Assembly (NCBI GenBank): GCA_965112735.1
Contig: OZ218951.1
Span: 682,001 to 746,000, forward strand
Length of the DNA stretch: 64,000 bases
Origin: Phaeosaccion multiseriatum
Taxonomy: Eukaryota; Protista; Ochrophyta, other classes
Direction of reading: 5' to 3'
Shown here: piece by piece, positions 1 through 11,418 of the stretch
Numbering within the stretch: position 1 is the stretch's first letter
Layout: each line of letters opens with the position of its first letter
Position numbers and translations under genes: made by a program
The notes under the pieces: generated by a model
Seen by the model: the letters and a program-made list of their open reading frames with translations, nothing else
Database searches by the model: none
What the model was told of the DNA's origin: nothing

Positions 1-156
1 TATAAAAAGGTGCACTGTATTTTTTTTTTTTGCACGCCTCCCTCTGGTACTTCTCTCCATGTCCATTGTGTACACTTGAGTGGTATTACCATCCCCTTTA
101 CTCACCCTTCGCCCCCGCCCCCCCCTCCCTTCTCCCCCGCTCCTCCCTCCCTGCAG

Positions 157-2570
157 CCCTGGCCCTGGCCTGCAAGACGCTCGTGTGCAACCCCGCCTGC
201 GCCACCAACTCCCTCGAGGGATGCAACGCCTTCGGCCTCGGAACCACTTGCCAGTTCTCCTACGCCAGCGAGGACTGCGACGTTGAAGAGGACGCCCCCA
301 CCCCGGAGCCCGCGTGCTGTGCCGAGCCCAACGCCGAGCAGGCCGCCTGTAAGTGAAGGAAGGGAAGCATATGGGAGATGCAGAGAGAGTGCCCCTTGCC
401 GGTTGGGATGGTACGCCTTTTGGCGTTGAATGGGTGGGTGGGTGGGGTGCTCAAGTCATCTTGCACACACACATACTCCCCTCTGTTGTCGTGGCTCCAC
501 CCGTGTATGTACTGTGTACTGACACATCTTGTCACCCCGTGCACCCACCCTTCCCCCTCTTGCCTCCTACAGACATGGCCGCCCAGTGCAAGCCCCTCAT
601 CTGCAACCCCGCGTGTCTCACCGGCTCCTACAAAGGGTGTGGCTGGGGCGGACTCGGAGCCAGCTGCCAGCTCGGCGACAGCAACTGCGATGTTGAAGAG
701 GACACCGTCCCCGCCACCGATGCACCCACTCCTCCCCCCACTTCGCCCCCCACGGTGGGTCAAGTGCTTGCAGTTGAAACGCTCTCCTCCGTCGGTTGAC
801 ACGCTCATCTTCTCCACCCCCCCTCCTGTCTTGTCTCCAGGCCGCCCCGACGGCCCCGCCCACCACCCCCTGCTGCGGGGAGGTCTCCGACGAGCAGTTC
901 GCATGTACGTCTGTCTGGTGGACTGGTTTGGTTGGTTGGTTTGGTTGCGATGGGTCTGTTTGTTTCTCTCATCTCTTCTTTCTGCTTTTGGAGACTACGT
1001 TTGTCTCTGTGGTCCTGGGCTTGGCATCAATCACACGCAGTACAGACCACCCCGCCCCTTCCTCATGTACTTCCATCGTTCTCACTTCTCTCGCCTTTCC
1101 CCCCCTTTCTCTCTCCTCTCTACTTCCCGCCCCTGTCACCCTCCTCTTGCCCCCCTTATCTCCTCTCTCTCCACTCTCCTTCTTCTTCCCGCCCCTACCT
1201 CTGCCGCCACTTAGGGCTCGCCTCCCAGTGCAAGACCGTGAGCTGCAACCCCGCGTGTCTCACCGGCTCCCTTAAGGGCTGCGGATGGGGAGGACTGGGA
1301 GAGTCTTGCCAACTCTCTGAGGGCGATTGCTCCGGACCAGGTGGAGAAGACACTGTCGCACCTACAGAGGCGGTCACTGATGCACCCACCGTGAGTCCCG
1401 AAGGCCATTCTCCGGAATCTTGTTGAGGATTTTGTCTGTCGACCGGACTCGTCTTTTTTTTTTTACTTTTAGTGTTGCTCACTTTCCTCTTCTCCTCTTT
1501 TGTCCCCCTCCCCCCCTCTCAGGATCCGGCCACTGTCGCACCTACAGAGGCGGTAACTGATGCTCCCACCGTGAGTCCCAAAGTCCATTCTCCGGAATCT
1601 TGTTGAGGATTTTGTCTGGACTTGTCTTTTTTATTTTACTTTTAGTGTTGCTCACTTTCCTCTTCTCCTCTTTTGTCCCCCTCCCCCCCTCTCAGGATCC
1701 GGCCACTGTCGCACCTACAGAGGCGGTAACTGATGCTCCCACCGTGAGTCCCAAAGTCCATTCTCCGGAATCTTGTTGAGGATTTTGTCTGGACTTGTCT
1801 TTTTTATTTTACTTTTAGTGTTGCTCACTTTCCTCTTCTCCTCTTTTGTCCCCCTCCCCCCCTCTCAGGATCCGGCCACTGTCGCACCTACAGAGGCGGT
1901 AACTGATGCTCCCACCGTGAGTCCCAAAGTCCATTCTCCGGAATCTTGTTGAGGATTTTGTCTGGACTTGTCTTTTTTATTTTACTTTTAGTGTTGCTCA
2001 CTTTCCTCTTCTCCTCTTTTGTCCCCCTCCCCCCCTCTCAGGATCCGGCCACTGTCGCACCTACAGAGGCGGTAACTGATGCTCCCACCGTGAGTCCCAA
2101 AGTCCATTCTCCGGAATCTTGTGGAGGATTTTGTCTGGACTTGTCTTTTTCATTTTACTTTTAGTGTTGCTCACTTTCCTCTTCTCCTCTTTTGTCCCCC
2201 CCCCCCCCTCTCAGGATCCGGCCACTGTCGCACCTACAGAGGCGGTAACTGATGCTCCCACCGTGAGTCCCAAAGTCCATTCTCCGGAATCTTGTTGAGG
2301 ATTTTGTCTGGACTTGTCTTTTTTATTTTACTTTTAGTGTTGCTCACTTTCCTCTTCTCCTCTTTTGTCCCCCTCCCCCCCTCTCAGGAGGCGGCCACCG
2401 CGGCACCTGACTCTTCTTGCTGCGGAGAACTCTCGGCCGAGCAGACCGCCTTTTTGGAGAGAACCTGCAAGACCGTCAGCTGCAACCCCGACTGCCCCAC
2501 CATGTCTATGGACGGCTGCGGCTGGGGGGGGCTCGGAGAGTCTTGCCAGCTCAGCAGCTCCACCTGCTAA
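157..2570 (+). CDS. Cys-rich repeat protein with Thr/Pro/Ala linkers, probably secreted; 5' end lies outside the window
   Basis: GT-AG exons 157-348, 573-754, 841-904, 1215-1390, five 48-bp exons (starts 1523, 1696, 1869, 2042, 2215) and 2388-2570 (TAA) splice in frame. Repeated motif CC-x5-EQxAxLxxxCKxxxCNPxCxxxSxxGC(GWG)GLGxSCQL..C. Confidence 0.8.
1351..2387 (+). repeat. 173-bp tandem repeat; each unit is a 48-bp exon plus a 125-bp intron
   Basis: Near-identical units with exon starts exactly 173 bp apart. Each exon encodes DPATVAPTEAVTDAPT and is flanked by ctctcag| and |gtgagt. Confidence 0.95.
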
Positions 2571-3245
2571 GCGCCCCAGCCCACGCGGGGGGGGGGGTTG
2601 GGGGCGAGTGAGGAGGATGTGCACACGAATCCAAATCTTTCGCTGTTTGCTCATGTGAACGCTGAGTTCGTTCTTTTCTCGAAATCATTTGGTGTCGAGC
2701 TTCTGGGGTGTTGGCCCTTATATTATGTATGTGAAGGGGGGCTCTTCCCCTTGCCACACACAGCAGAAGGGACGAATTTCACCCACTTGCGGAGTGTTAG
2801 GGTGGGCAGTAGCAGTTACAACAGTGGAGGAGGCGTGTCGTTGAATATCCTTTTCATCCCCTTGCCTCATCTTAGGCACCACCAAATGTTACGTGTGGAG
2901 CCTGGCTAGGTACAGTGAGTGAAGAGAGAGAATGCATTTTGTAATCCGGGACGGAGGAGGGGAAGGGGCCATTCGCCCACCTGCCCCAACACTGTTCTCG
3001 TAGTTTAAAGTCTTAACAGTTTTAATGGAGCATTATTGTTGTGGAAATCGATTGTGTGACCTTTTCTGCTCGTCCAGATGCTTCCATTCATTCCTTCGTT
3101 CCTTCTCCGCCTGCCGTCCTCTCTAGGCCGTTGCTGTGCCTGCCACTCAACTTGTCACAGCAGTCTTCCCCTTGGGTCAATACAGTACTCGATCTCAGCT
3201 GTTTGACATGCATCAAATCGAACCCCTCGATGAAAGATTTCGATA

Positions 3246-4080
3246 CTCAGGATGCGTCCGCCAGAATCTGCCCCAGCACTTCCTCGCTCAGCGGAATGGG
3301 ATTGCCCGCCATGCTGCTGCTGCCCGCCGCCAGAGATGCCACCTTGGCCCACTCTGAGGGCTGCAGCCCGTACGCCGAGAGGCTGGGGATGCAGAGGTCC
3401 ACCGCCACTGCGGACAGCCTTGTGAGTTGGTGGACCGGGGGGCGGGGCGGGGTGGGTTGGCGACGACGGCAGCGGCAGAGGGGAGAGTGTGAGGGTAGGG
3501 GGGGGTGGGGGTCGGTTGGGGGGGGGGTGTGCGCACGAGAGGATGAGCATCAAGATGGAGAGTGCGTTGGGTGTTGGAGTGGGGAAAGTGTGTGTGAGAG
3601 TGGAGTGTGTAAGAGCGTGCTTTAACAGTGGGTGGGACTTTGAGTGTGCGAGGGAAAAGAGACTGGATTGGGGAAAGCGAGCAGAGAGGAGCGCAGCGCC
3701 CTGGCTGTTTGGTGACCCAAAGCTCTCTCACAAGTCAGGGAGGGAGGAAGGAAGGAAGGAAGGAAGGAAGGAAGGAAGGAGGGAAGGAAGGAAGGAAGGA
3801 AGGAAGGAAGGAAGGAAGGAAGGAAGGAAGGAAGGAAGGAAGGAAGGAAGGAAGGAAGGAAGGAAGGAAGGAAGGAAGGAAGGAAGGAAGGAAGGAAGGA
3901 AGGAAGGAAGGAAGGAAGGAGGGAAGGAAGGGCACTGTACGGCCTCAAAGGGCCTAAGCTCACACACCCCTCCCACTCACCACGCCACTCCCTCCTCCGG
4001 GCTGGCGGTGGGGCTGCCGGTAATGAGTCGAGCAGTCTCCTCGTGCCTGGCAAGCGCCTCAGCGTACTCCGGCCCCGCCT
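3246..4080 (-). pseudogene. Orphan duplicate of the last two Fe-ADH exons
   Basis: Encodes [33 protein letters not shown] and the [29 protein letters not shown] terminus seen at 10526-11200. No upstream ADH exons are present. Confidence 0.8.
3746..3930. repeat. (GAAG)n microsatellite
   Basis: Seen directly. The matching tract in copy B (~11017-11050) is about 160 bp shorter. Confidence 0.95.
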
Positions 4081-4296
4081 TTGTGGGGGTGAGGGGAGGG
4101 AGGAGACCGAGAAGCGAGGCATCAGTCGAGAGGTGAACGTCGCATGAAATACGCTCACAAGAGGAGCATACGTAAGTGCATACATATACTCGCAATCCCT
4201 ATCCTTTTTCTCTCTATCGCTCTCTCTCTCTCTACTCGATCTCTCTTTCTCTCTCTCTCCCTCCCTCTAACCAACCTCTCTGTAAGCTTCGCTCTC

Positions 4297-4900
4297 TAAT
4301 GGCGCCTTCCACCACGTCCACGTGAACCACATCCGTTTTGGTTGCCTTCAATGCAGCAAAGCAAGTGGGACAGGGAAGGAGAGTCAGGGGCCCAGGGCCA
4401 GCCACAGCCAGGCTTAGGGTCAGAGTGAGAGCGCACCTGCTGGTCGAAGAGTTTGTTCACCCCCTCTGCATACGTGCCAATACCCTTGAGGCTGACGGAA
4501 GGGTCCACGAAGTCGAAGAGAGGGGAGAAGAGGCTCTGATCGCAGCGGCCCGTGACAAACCACGAGTGCTGCCTCAGGCCCTCCTCCAGCGCCTCGGCCA
4601 TGCTTTCTGCAGGCAGGTTGGTCCTCAGCGGCTCTCCTCTGTTCACGAGGAGCTGCTCGGCCGTCAAGGGCTCCTCGGAAGGTAAGAAGTTGCCCAGAAA
4701 GGCCGTCAACCCATCGGAGTACACCTCCCGCTCTTCGCCTGGGCCCTTGGCCAAAAGCGCCATGGATTATGTGGGTGCTATGGGGCGAGCCATCCCTCGA
4801 GCGGCGCTGGCAGAGGAGGATACACGGCTACGTGCCTGGACTTGCTGCTTTCCTTCGAAAGGCTGGACAACGAAGGCACTTGCCCTGCCTGGTGGGGACA
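4297..4900 (-). pseudogene. Truncated SnoaL/NTF2-like (DUF2358-like) gene fragment with a plastid-type presequence
   Basis: Motif WFVTGRCDQSLFSPLFDFVDPSVSLKGIGTYAEGVNKLFDQ. An ASAFVV motif upstream is separated by an in-frame TAA (4767-4769). The next exon is cut at ~4297 by the duplication. Confidence 0.6.
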
Positions 4901-5195
4901 AGGGGGGATCCAAGGGGAGCAAGTGAGACGGTACGGCCCCGGAGAACAAAAGTTATATGCATAGGAAAACAGGCTGGAGCTCACTCACCTTGAGTGAAAA
5001 TCGGCAAAAGAAGGCTTAGGATAGCTCCCCGGCGCCGTCTTCGGTTCGCCATCACGAGCACCACGACAAAGAATCCGCAAATCCGATCTGTTCATTGGTA
5101 TCGTGTTGGTGGTACTCAGCGCCGCCATCTGAAATCGAAACGCCTGCGGACCCCCAGAATCATTTCCGTTCCGTCGCCATCCTTGCGGCGGCGGC

Positions 5196-7448
5196 ATGGT
5201 CACTGGCTGGCTCACGCACGGATGGGACGGAGGGAGGCGTGATCACAACCACGAGCGTCGGAAGCAGCTGCGCTTCCATTTACGGGACGCTGAAGTGCTG
5301 GGGACTGTAAGTGCCATGCATGCATGCAATTATCTCTCCCCCCTTTCTTTCTCTCTCTCTCTACTGGCTGATTCTACTTCTCCCGTCTTGTTTGCTCTAT
5401 TCAGCTCTTCCGAAGGGCAGCTCGGCCTGGGGTCTAGCCCAGCGGCGCGGTAGGGGATTCAACAGGGGAACTGGGTGACAACTTGGACACCACCGACGTT
5501 GGGACTGGGCGCACTGCAATAGCGCTTGGCGGCTCTGACTCCAGCATGTGTGCCGTGCGGGATGACGGCACTGTGGTGTGCTGGGGATTTAATAACAAGG
5601 GCCAGCTCGGAGTGGTGAGTCTGACGTAGGTGGCATCCATGATTGCCTTGCGTGGCGAGCATCAAGTATTAAGCAAGTAGTATCTAACGCCTCCGTTCTT
5701 CTCATTCATTGACCAGGGCCACAAAACCGAAGTAGTAGCTGCCTAGGCCTCTCAAGTGGTGAAATGGGTGACGACTTGACTTCAGTGGACCTCGGCACCA
5801 CGGCCACCGACGTGTGCGGCGGTGAGCAAGTGCAAGAGATGGGAAGCCTACTCTAGCCTCTTTGCGCCCCTTCAATACACTTCCCTTGCCCTTCTCTCCA
5901 CCCCATCGTACTCACAGGCGAATACAGCCACTGTGCCCTGTTGAGCACATCAAATGTCAAGTGGTGAGGTTGGAGGCCTAGCTTGCGCTGCTGCTCTTGG
6001 TGAGGTGACCCGCAATGCCTCCTTACCCGTCCCCCTGTTTCTGTCTTTTCTGCCTCCTCCAGCTGGGGAGATAACGCTTACGGGCAGCTTGGACAGGGAA
6101 ACAAAGACACTTGGGAGACAGTTCCGGAGCGATGTCGTCGTTGGTAAGACGTTGCATGAGGGCCAGACCCAGGTGTAGGTGTGGGTGGGGGGGAGGGGGG
6201 GGGGGAGCCTAATCAATCAGATGACCCAACCCTCGCCTCACATCCTCTCTGATTGTGTCTGATGTGTCTCTGCACCCATAACCGAAAGGCCGTCATTGAC
6301 TTGGGGAGTGGAGTCACGGCAACGGTGATCACATGCGGCTTTAATCACAATTGTGTGGTCAGTGAACAGGGAGTTGGAGAGGGCGAGACGGGTGCCACAG
6401 GCACAAGACTGATCAATAACGCCTTCTTCTCTTGCCCTGCTGTGTGCCGTGCTCCTGTACAGATCACGAACACGGCCAGCGTACTCAAACACTCCTTCTA
6501 TGCCACCTTTTGTCCAAAGGGGGCCTCAGCCATCCGTCTGTGTGCTCTCGTCATCCACTGCCTCTCGACAGGGGAAACAACGCATGGGGCCAGCTGGACG
6601 TGGATGACGGGGACCCCATTGGAGACGGCGCGGGGGAGATGGGGGACAGCTTGGGGGAGACCGATTTGGGAGGGAGTTACACCGCCCTTGCAATTGTGGC
6701 AGGCAAATATCACACTTGCGCGGTGAGACGAAGAGCCAACGTCGAGGACGAGCGAGGCGGAGTACTCTCTGCTGCTTACTGATGTCCTCCCATGGCACTC
6801 CTGCCTCTCCCCCTCTGCCTCCGCGCTATCTCGACGCTCCAGATCCGAAATACCAACGACGTGGTGTGCTGGGGAGAAAATGACTACGGTGAGCTGCTGT
6901 AAGGAGCGAATCGTAACGAGTGATGAAGGCTGAGCGGTGGTGCATGCTGCGGTTGCGGTTACCGTTCAGCTGCAAAACGAGTCCTCCTTCCTCTCTCATC
7001 CACCCATCTTGCCATCTTGTGCTTTGCTTGTTCGCTCGTCTCAGACGGCCATTGACCTGGGCACCGGCACAAACGCCACGGCCATCGCGGCGTGCTATTC
7101 TTCCACGTGCGCCATTTTCGACACAGGTGGGTCACAAAGGCATACGTTGCTGGGTCTTGCTGCCCCCTCCCCTCTTCGAATCCTCACACGAGCATACCTT
7201 GTTTCATTTCCTCCTCCCCTCCCGCCCGCCCCGCAGGAGGCGTCAAGTGTTGGGGCAGGAACGATTACGGAGAGCTTGCTTCAGGGAACAATATTGACCT
7301 CGGGAACGGGTCGAGCGAGATGGGCGATAGCTTGAGCGTCCTCGACTTTGGCACGGGGCGGACTGCGGTGTCCATCACCGGCAAGGGCAACCACTTTTGT
7401 GCGGTGCTGGACAATGACGACATTGTCTGTTGGGGACGCAACAACTAG
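5196..7448 (+). pseudogene. RCC1-repeat gene, pseudogenised fragment
   Basis: Multiple repeats of the type EMGDSLxxxDxGTGRTAxxIxxxxxHxCAxLDxxxxxCWGxNxxGQLG across spliced exons. Frameshifts near 5440 and 5745; premature TAG at 7446-7448. Confidence 0.8.
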
Positions 7449-7699
7449 TAAGTAGTCCGAAGGGGAGCAGCAGCTAGGCCGTAAGCTATGGTCACTCACC
7501 CACCACCCTTCTCACTTCTTCTTTTTCGCCCGACCTAATATTGCGTAAATGAGCCTGTCCCAGCTCCACCACACATTATACACTATATATATTATACATT
7601 ATACACTCGTGTTCAAGTATGTAGTAATTGCTGATGCAAAGCTTGTGCCCACAAACAGGAGAGGGTGCAACGCCAGAGCCGTTGACCCCCCTCGGGACG

Positions 7700-8900
7700 T
7701 GCCTAGGAAACCGACATTCTTATTATACCCCAGAATGTGTGATCGGAAACCCTCAGGCAGGACAATCTACTCAAACTGGTTGAGGAAAGAAAGGAAGACG
7801 GCCGCGAGCCGGCGGAGGGGATGAGAATGGCGGCGAGTCTCTGGGGGTGGCGATGGCGTGTCGCGAATCGCTGGGGATGGGGATGGCTGCCGACGGGTAC
7901 GGCGAAGAGCACGGCCTCGAGGCATTGCTGCTGATGGCGCATCGCGCCCGTGGCGCCTCGCACCGGGGTTCTTGTATCGGTGGTACTGGCCCTAGAGGGA
8001 GGGGGAGGCGGAGACGTATGTTAGACACAATAAGTTGCCAGAGACATCTACTCCTCCAGGTCTTACCCGTGCATCCTCCTCCTGCTCCTCCTTGAATGCC
8101 TCGAGCACAGAGTCGTGATCTCTCCCGCAAGTCGTCCCCCCCGCCTCTCCTGGGCATAGGGCTCGGACTAACACCTTTCGGTCATCACTCGTCCCGGAGA
8201 TTCGGCCCTGTCGATCCAGAAGGAACAAAACAAGTCAGCAAGTAGTAGAAAGCTAGTGTGAAAATAATACGGCTACCCATCACTCATACCATCTGGCTGC
8301 TCACCTTCTCGTTTCGGTGGATGGCGATGCTTCTGGACACCTCCCCCCGCCCACCACCAGGTCTGTCTGTGCAGCTGTGGCACAAATGGGCTTTACCCGG
8401 CGCCACATCGAAGCCCGGCGTATTCGACACGCAAACAACGTGAGGGCCGTCCGGGTCTACAAGGCATATACACACGGCCCGTCGGTACCTCTCCGGCTCC
8501 AGTACTTCACCCTTGAAGTGAACAGGTAGGGGGGCGGCCTTGGCACCAGGTTTCCTACGCCTTGCCGCTGTCACGAGAGAGTGAAGCAACGAGGGGGTGG
8601 ATCAGCGAGACCGCCACGTGTGCATCACCAACTTCAAGTCCTCCCCTCGCTGCCTCTCCCCGCCCCCCCCCACTCACTTACAGTTTCTGGCTGACACCTC
8701 CGACTTGATCCTCCTCTGCAGAAGATGTTTAAGTTGACTTTCCGACAAATCCCCTCGCCCGGCATCCGCCCTTTGAGGCACCCTCTCCTCCACCGAACTG
8801 CTGTCGCCCCCGCCCCCCCCCCTCTTTCCTTTTCCCATCTTCCCCCTCGCCTTGACTGCCGGTGCCTTTCTCTTCATCCTCCCCTGCCCCTTCCCCATCG
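7700..8900 (-). other. Degenerate coding-like remnant of unknown origin, possibly TE-derived
   Basis: Short minus-strand ORF pieces: Lys/Arg-rich N-terminus (8674-8898) and Cys/His-containing piece (8284-8589), with splice-like junctions. No family recognised. Confidence 0.25.
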
Positions 8901-9250
8901 TTGGGCCGTACTTATCGTCCTTCCTCCTCCCCTGTGATATGATGGACCCCCTGGCCCCCTTCCGAGGAAGAGTCCTTTTGACACTCTATAAGAATCCTTT
9001 CTCACCCTGCCTGGTGGAAAGAGCAGCCTTCCCTTCCCTTCCCCTCGCTGGCTGCTGCTGGTGCCCTCCCCCTTGTTGCTCCCCTTGACTCCCTGCCCCT
9101 GCCTTCTTACCCTGTCCCGCTCTCTTGTATCCTTCGTGTCGAACCAAAAATAACACACTGCTGAAAAATAAAGGCCAAACAAGTTTGAGTTTGACATGAA
9201 GTAGCTAACCCAGGGGGCTCATTGACTTATGCTACAGTTACGCTCCCACT

Positions 9251-9702
9251 GTGACCGCGGCACCTGACGACGCTTGTTGTGCCGATCCTTCGGCGGAACA
9301 GATCGCATGTGAGACGTGCCTGTTGACTGGGCGGGGGCACATTTCCTTCGATGCTTTTTCCTGCTTGTGTGCTACTTCCTCTTCCTCTTTCTCTCTAGTG
9401 TGTGCTGCTTCCTCTTCCTCTTTCTCTCTACTGTGTGCGACTTCCTGTGCTACTTCCTCTTCCTCTTTCTCTCTACTGTGTGCTACTTCCTCTTCCTCTT
9501 TCTCTCTACTGTGTGTGCTACTTCCTCTTCCTCTTTCTCACCCTTACCCGCCTCCTTCTCTCCCTCTCTCTCCTTTCCAACAGTTTTGGAGAGAACCTGC
9601 AAGACCGTCAGCTGCAACCCCGACTGCCCCACCATGTCTATGGACGGCTGCGGCTGGGGGGGGCTCGGAGAGTCTTGCCAGCTCAGCAGCTCCACCTGCT
9701 AA
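9251..9702 (+). pseudogene. Orphan 3' fragment of the Cys-rich repeat gene (two exons)
   Basis: TAAPDDACCADPSAEQIA | intron 9309-9583 | FLERTCKTVSCNPDC...SSTC*. No upstream exons are evident. Confidence 0.75.
9366..9540. repeat. ~33-bp intronic minisatellite, about 5 copies
   Basis: Unit tgtgtgctacttcctcttcctctttctctcta(c) repeated with variants. Confidence 0.85.
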
Positions 9703-11418
9703 GCGCCCCAGCCCACGCGGGGGGGGGGGTTGGGGGCGAGTGAGGAGGATGTGCACACGAATCCAAATCTTTCGCTGTTTGCTCATGTGAACGCTGAGTT
9801 CGTTCTTTTCTCGAAATCATTTGGTGTCGAGCTTCTGGGGTGTTGGCCCTTATATTATGTATGTGAAGGGGGGCTCTTCCCCCTGCCACACACAGCAGAA
9901 GGGACGAATTTCACCCCCTTGCGGAGTGTTAGGGTGGGCAGTAGCAGTTACAACAGTGGAGGAGGCGTGTCGTTGAATATCCTTTTCATCCCCTTGCCTC
10001 ATCTTAGGCACCACCAAATGTTACGTGTGGAGCCTGGCAAGGTACAGTGAGTGAAGAGAGAGAATGCATTTTGTAATCCGGGACGGAGGAGGGGAAGGGG
10101 CCATTCGCCCACCTGCCCCAACACTGTTCTCGTAGTTTAAAGTCTTAACAGTTTTAATGGAGCAATATTGTTGTGGAAATCGATTGTGTGACCTTTTCTG
10201 CTCGTCCAGATGCGCTAGACGCCTCCCAGTCCAGACGTCAAGTGGGTGAAGTGGGAAGTCCCGTGCATGTAAATCAGGTGAGACGTCTAGCGCAAGCACT
10301 CCATTTTGTTTGCTCCAGTGTAAGGAGCACACTCCCTTTCCTTCCTTCCTTCTTTCATTCTTTCGTTCTCTCCTCCGTTCCTTCTCCGCCTGCCGTCCTC
10401 TCTAGGCCGTTGCTGTGCCTGCAACTCAACTTGTCACAGCAGTCTTCCCCTTGGGTCAATACAGTACTCGATCTCAGCTGTTTGACATGCATCAAATCGA
10501 ACCCCTCGATGAAAGATTTCGATACTCAGGATGCGTCCGCCAGAATCTGCCCCAGCACTTCCTCGCTCAGCGGAATGGGATTGCCCGCCATGCTGCTGCT
10601 GCCCGCCGCCAGAGATGCCACCTTGGCCCACTCTGAGGGCTGCAGCCCGTACGCCGAGAGGCCGGGGATGCAGAGGTCCACCGCCACTGCGGACAGCCTT
10701 GTGAGTTGGTGGACCGGGGGGTGGGGCCGGGGGGGTTGGCGACGACGGCAGCGGCAGAGGGGAGAGTGTGAGGGTAGGGGGGGGTGGGAGTCGGTTGGGG
10801 GGGGGGTGTGCGCACGAGAGGATGAGCATCAAGATGGAGAGTGCGTTGGGTGTTGGAGTGGGGAGAGTGTGTGTGAGAGTGGAGTGTGTAAGAGCGTGCT
10901 TTAACAGTGGGTGGGACCTTGAGTGTGCGAGGGAAAAGAGACTGGATTGGGGGAAGCGAGCAGAGAGGAGCGCAGCGCCCTGGCTGTTTGGTGACCCAAA
11001 GCTCTCTCACAAGTCAGGAAGGAAGGAAGGAAGGAAGGAGGGAAGGAAGGGCACTGTACGGCCTCAAAGGGCCTAAGCTCACACATCCCTCTCACTCACC
11101 ACGCCACTCCCTCCTCCGGGCTGGCGGTGGGGCTGCCCGTAATGAGTCGAGCAGTCTCCTCGTGCCTGGCAAGCGCCTCAGCGTACTCCGGCCCCGCCTT
11201 TGTGGGGGAGAGGGGAGGGAGGAGACCGAGAGGCAAGGCATCAGTCGAGAGGTGAACGTCCCATGAAATAGGCTCACAAGAGGAGCATATGTAAGTGCAT
11301 ACATATACTCGCAATCCCTATCCTTTTTCTCTCGATCGCTCTCTCTCTCTCTCTACTCGATCTCTCTTTCTCTCTCTCTCCCTCCCTCTAACCAACCTCT
11401 CTGTAAGCTTCGCTCTCT
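9584..11418. repeat. Segmental direct duplication, copy B
   Basis: Matches 2452-4297. Confidence 0.95.

Larger units (their letters stand above)
2452..4297. repeat. Segmental direct duplication, copy A (~1.85 kb)
   Basis: Near-identical to 9584-11418 (offset 7132 at the left end). Differs by a 147-bp indel and by the length of the (GAAG)n tract. Confidence 0.95.

Noticed and set aside
1391-2387. CRISPR-like regularly spaced repeats
   Set aside because: Whole units are identical with no unique spacers, there are no cas genes, and the unit is a eukaryotic exon+intron.
3489-4185. ORFs with (KEGR)n or (PSFL)n repeats
   Set aside because: They are translations of a (GAAG)n microsatellite inside a duplicated intron.
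10211-10294. SECIS element or riboswitch
   Set aside because: No convincing RUGA/GA core or TPP consensus, and no in-frame TGA is needed in the flanking genes.
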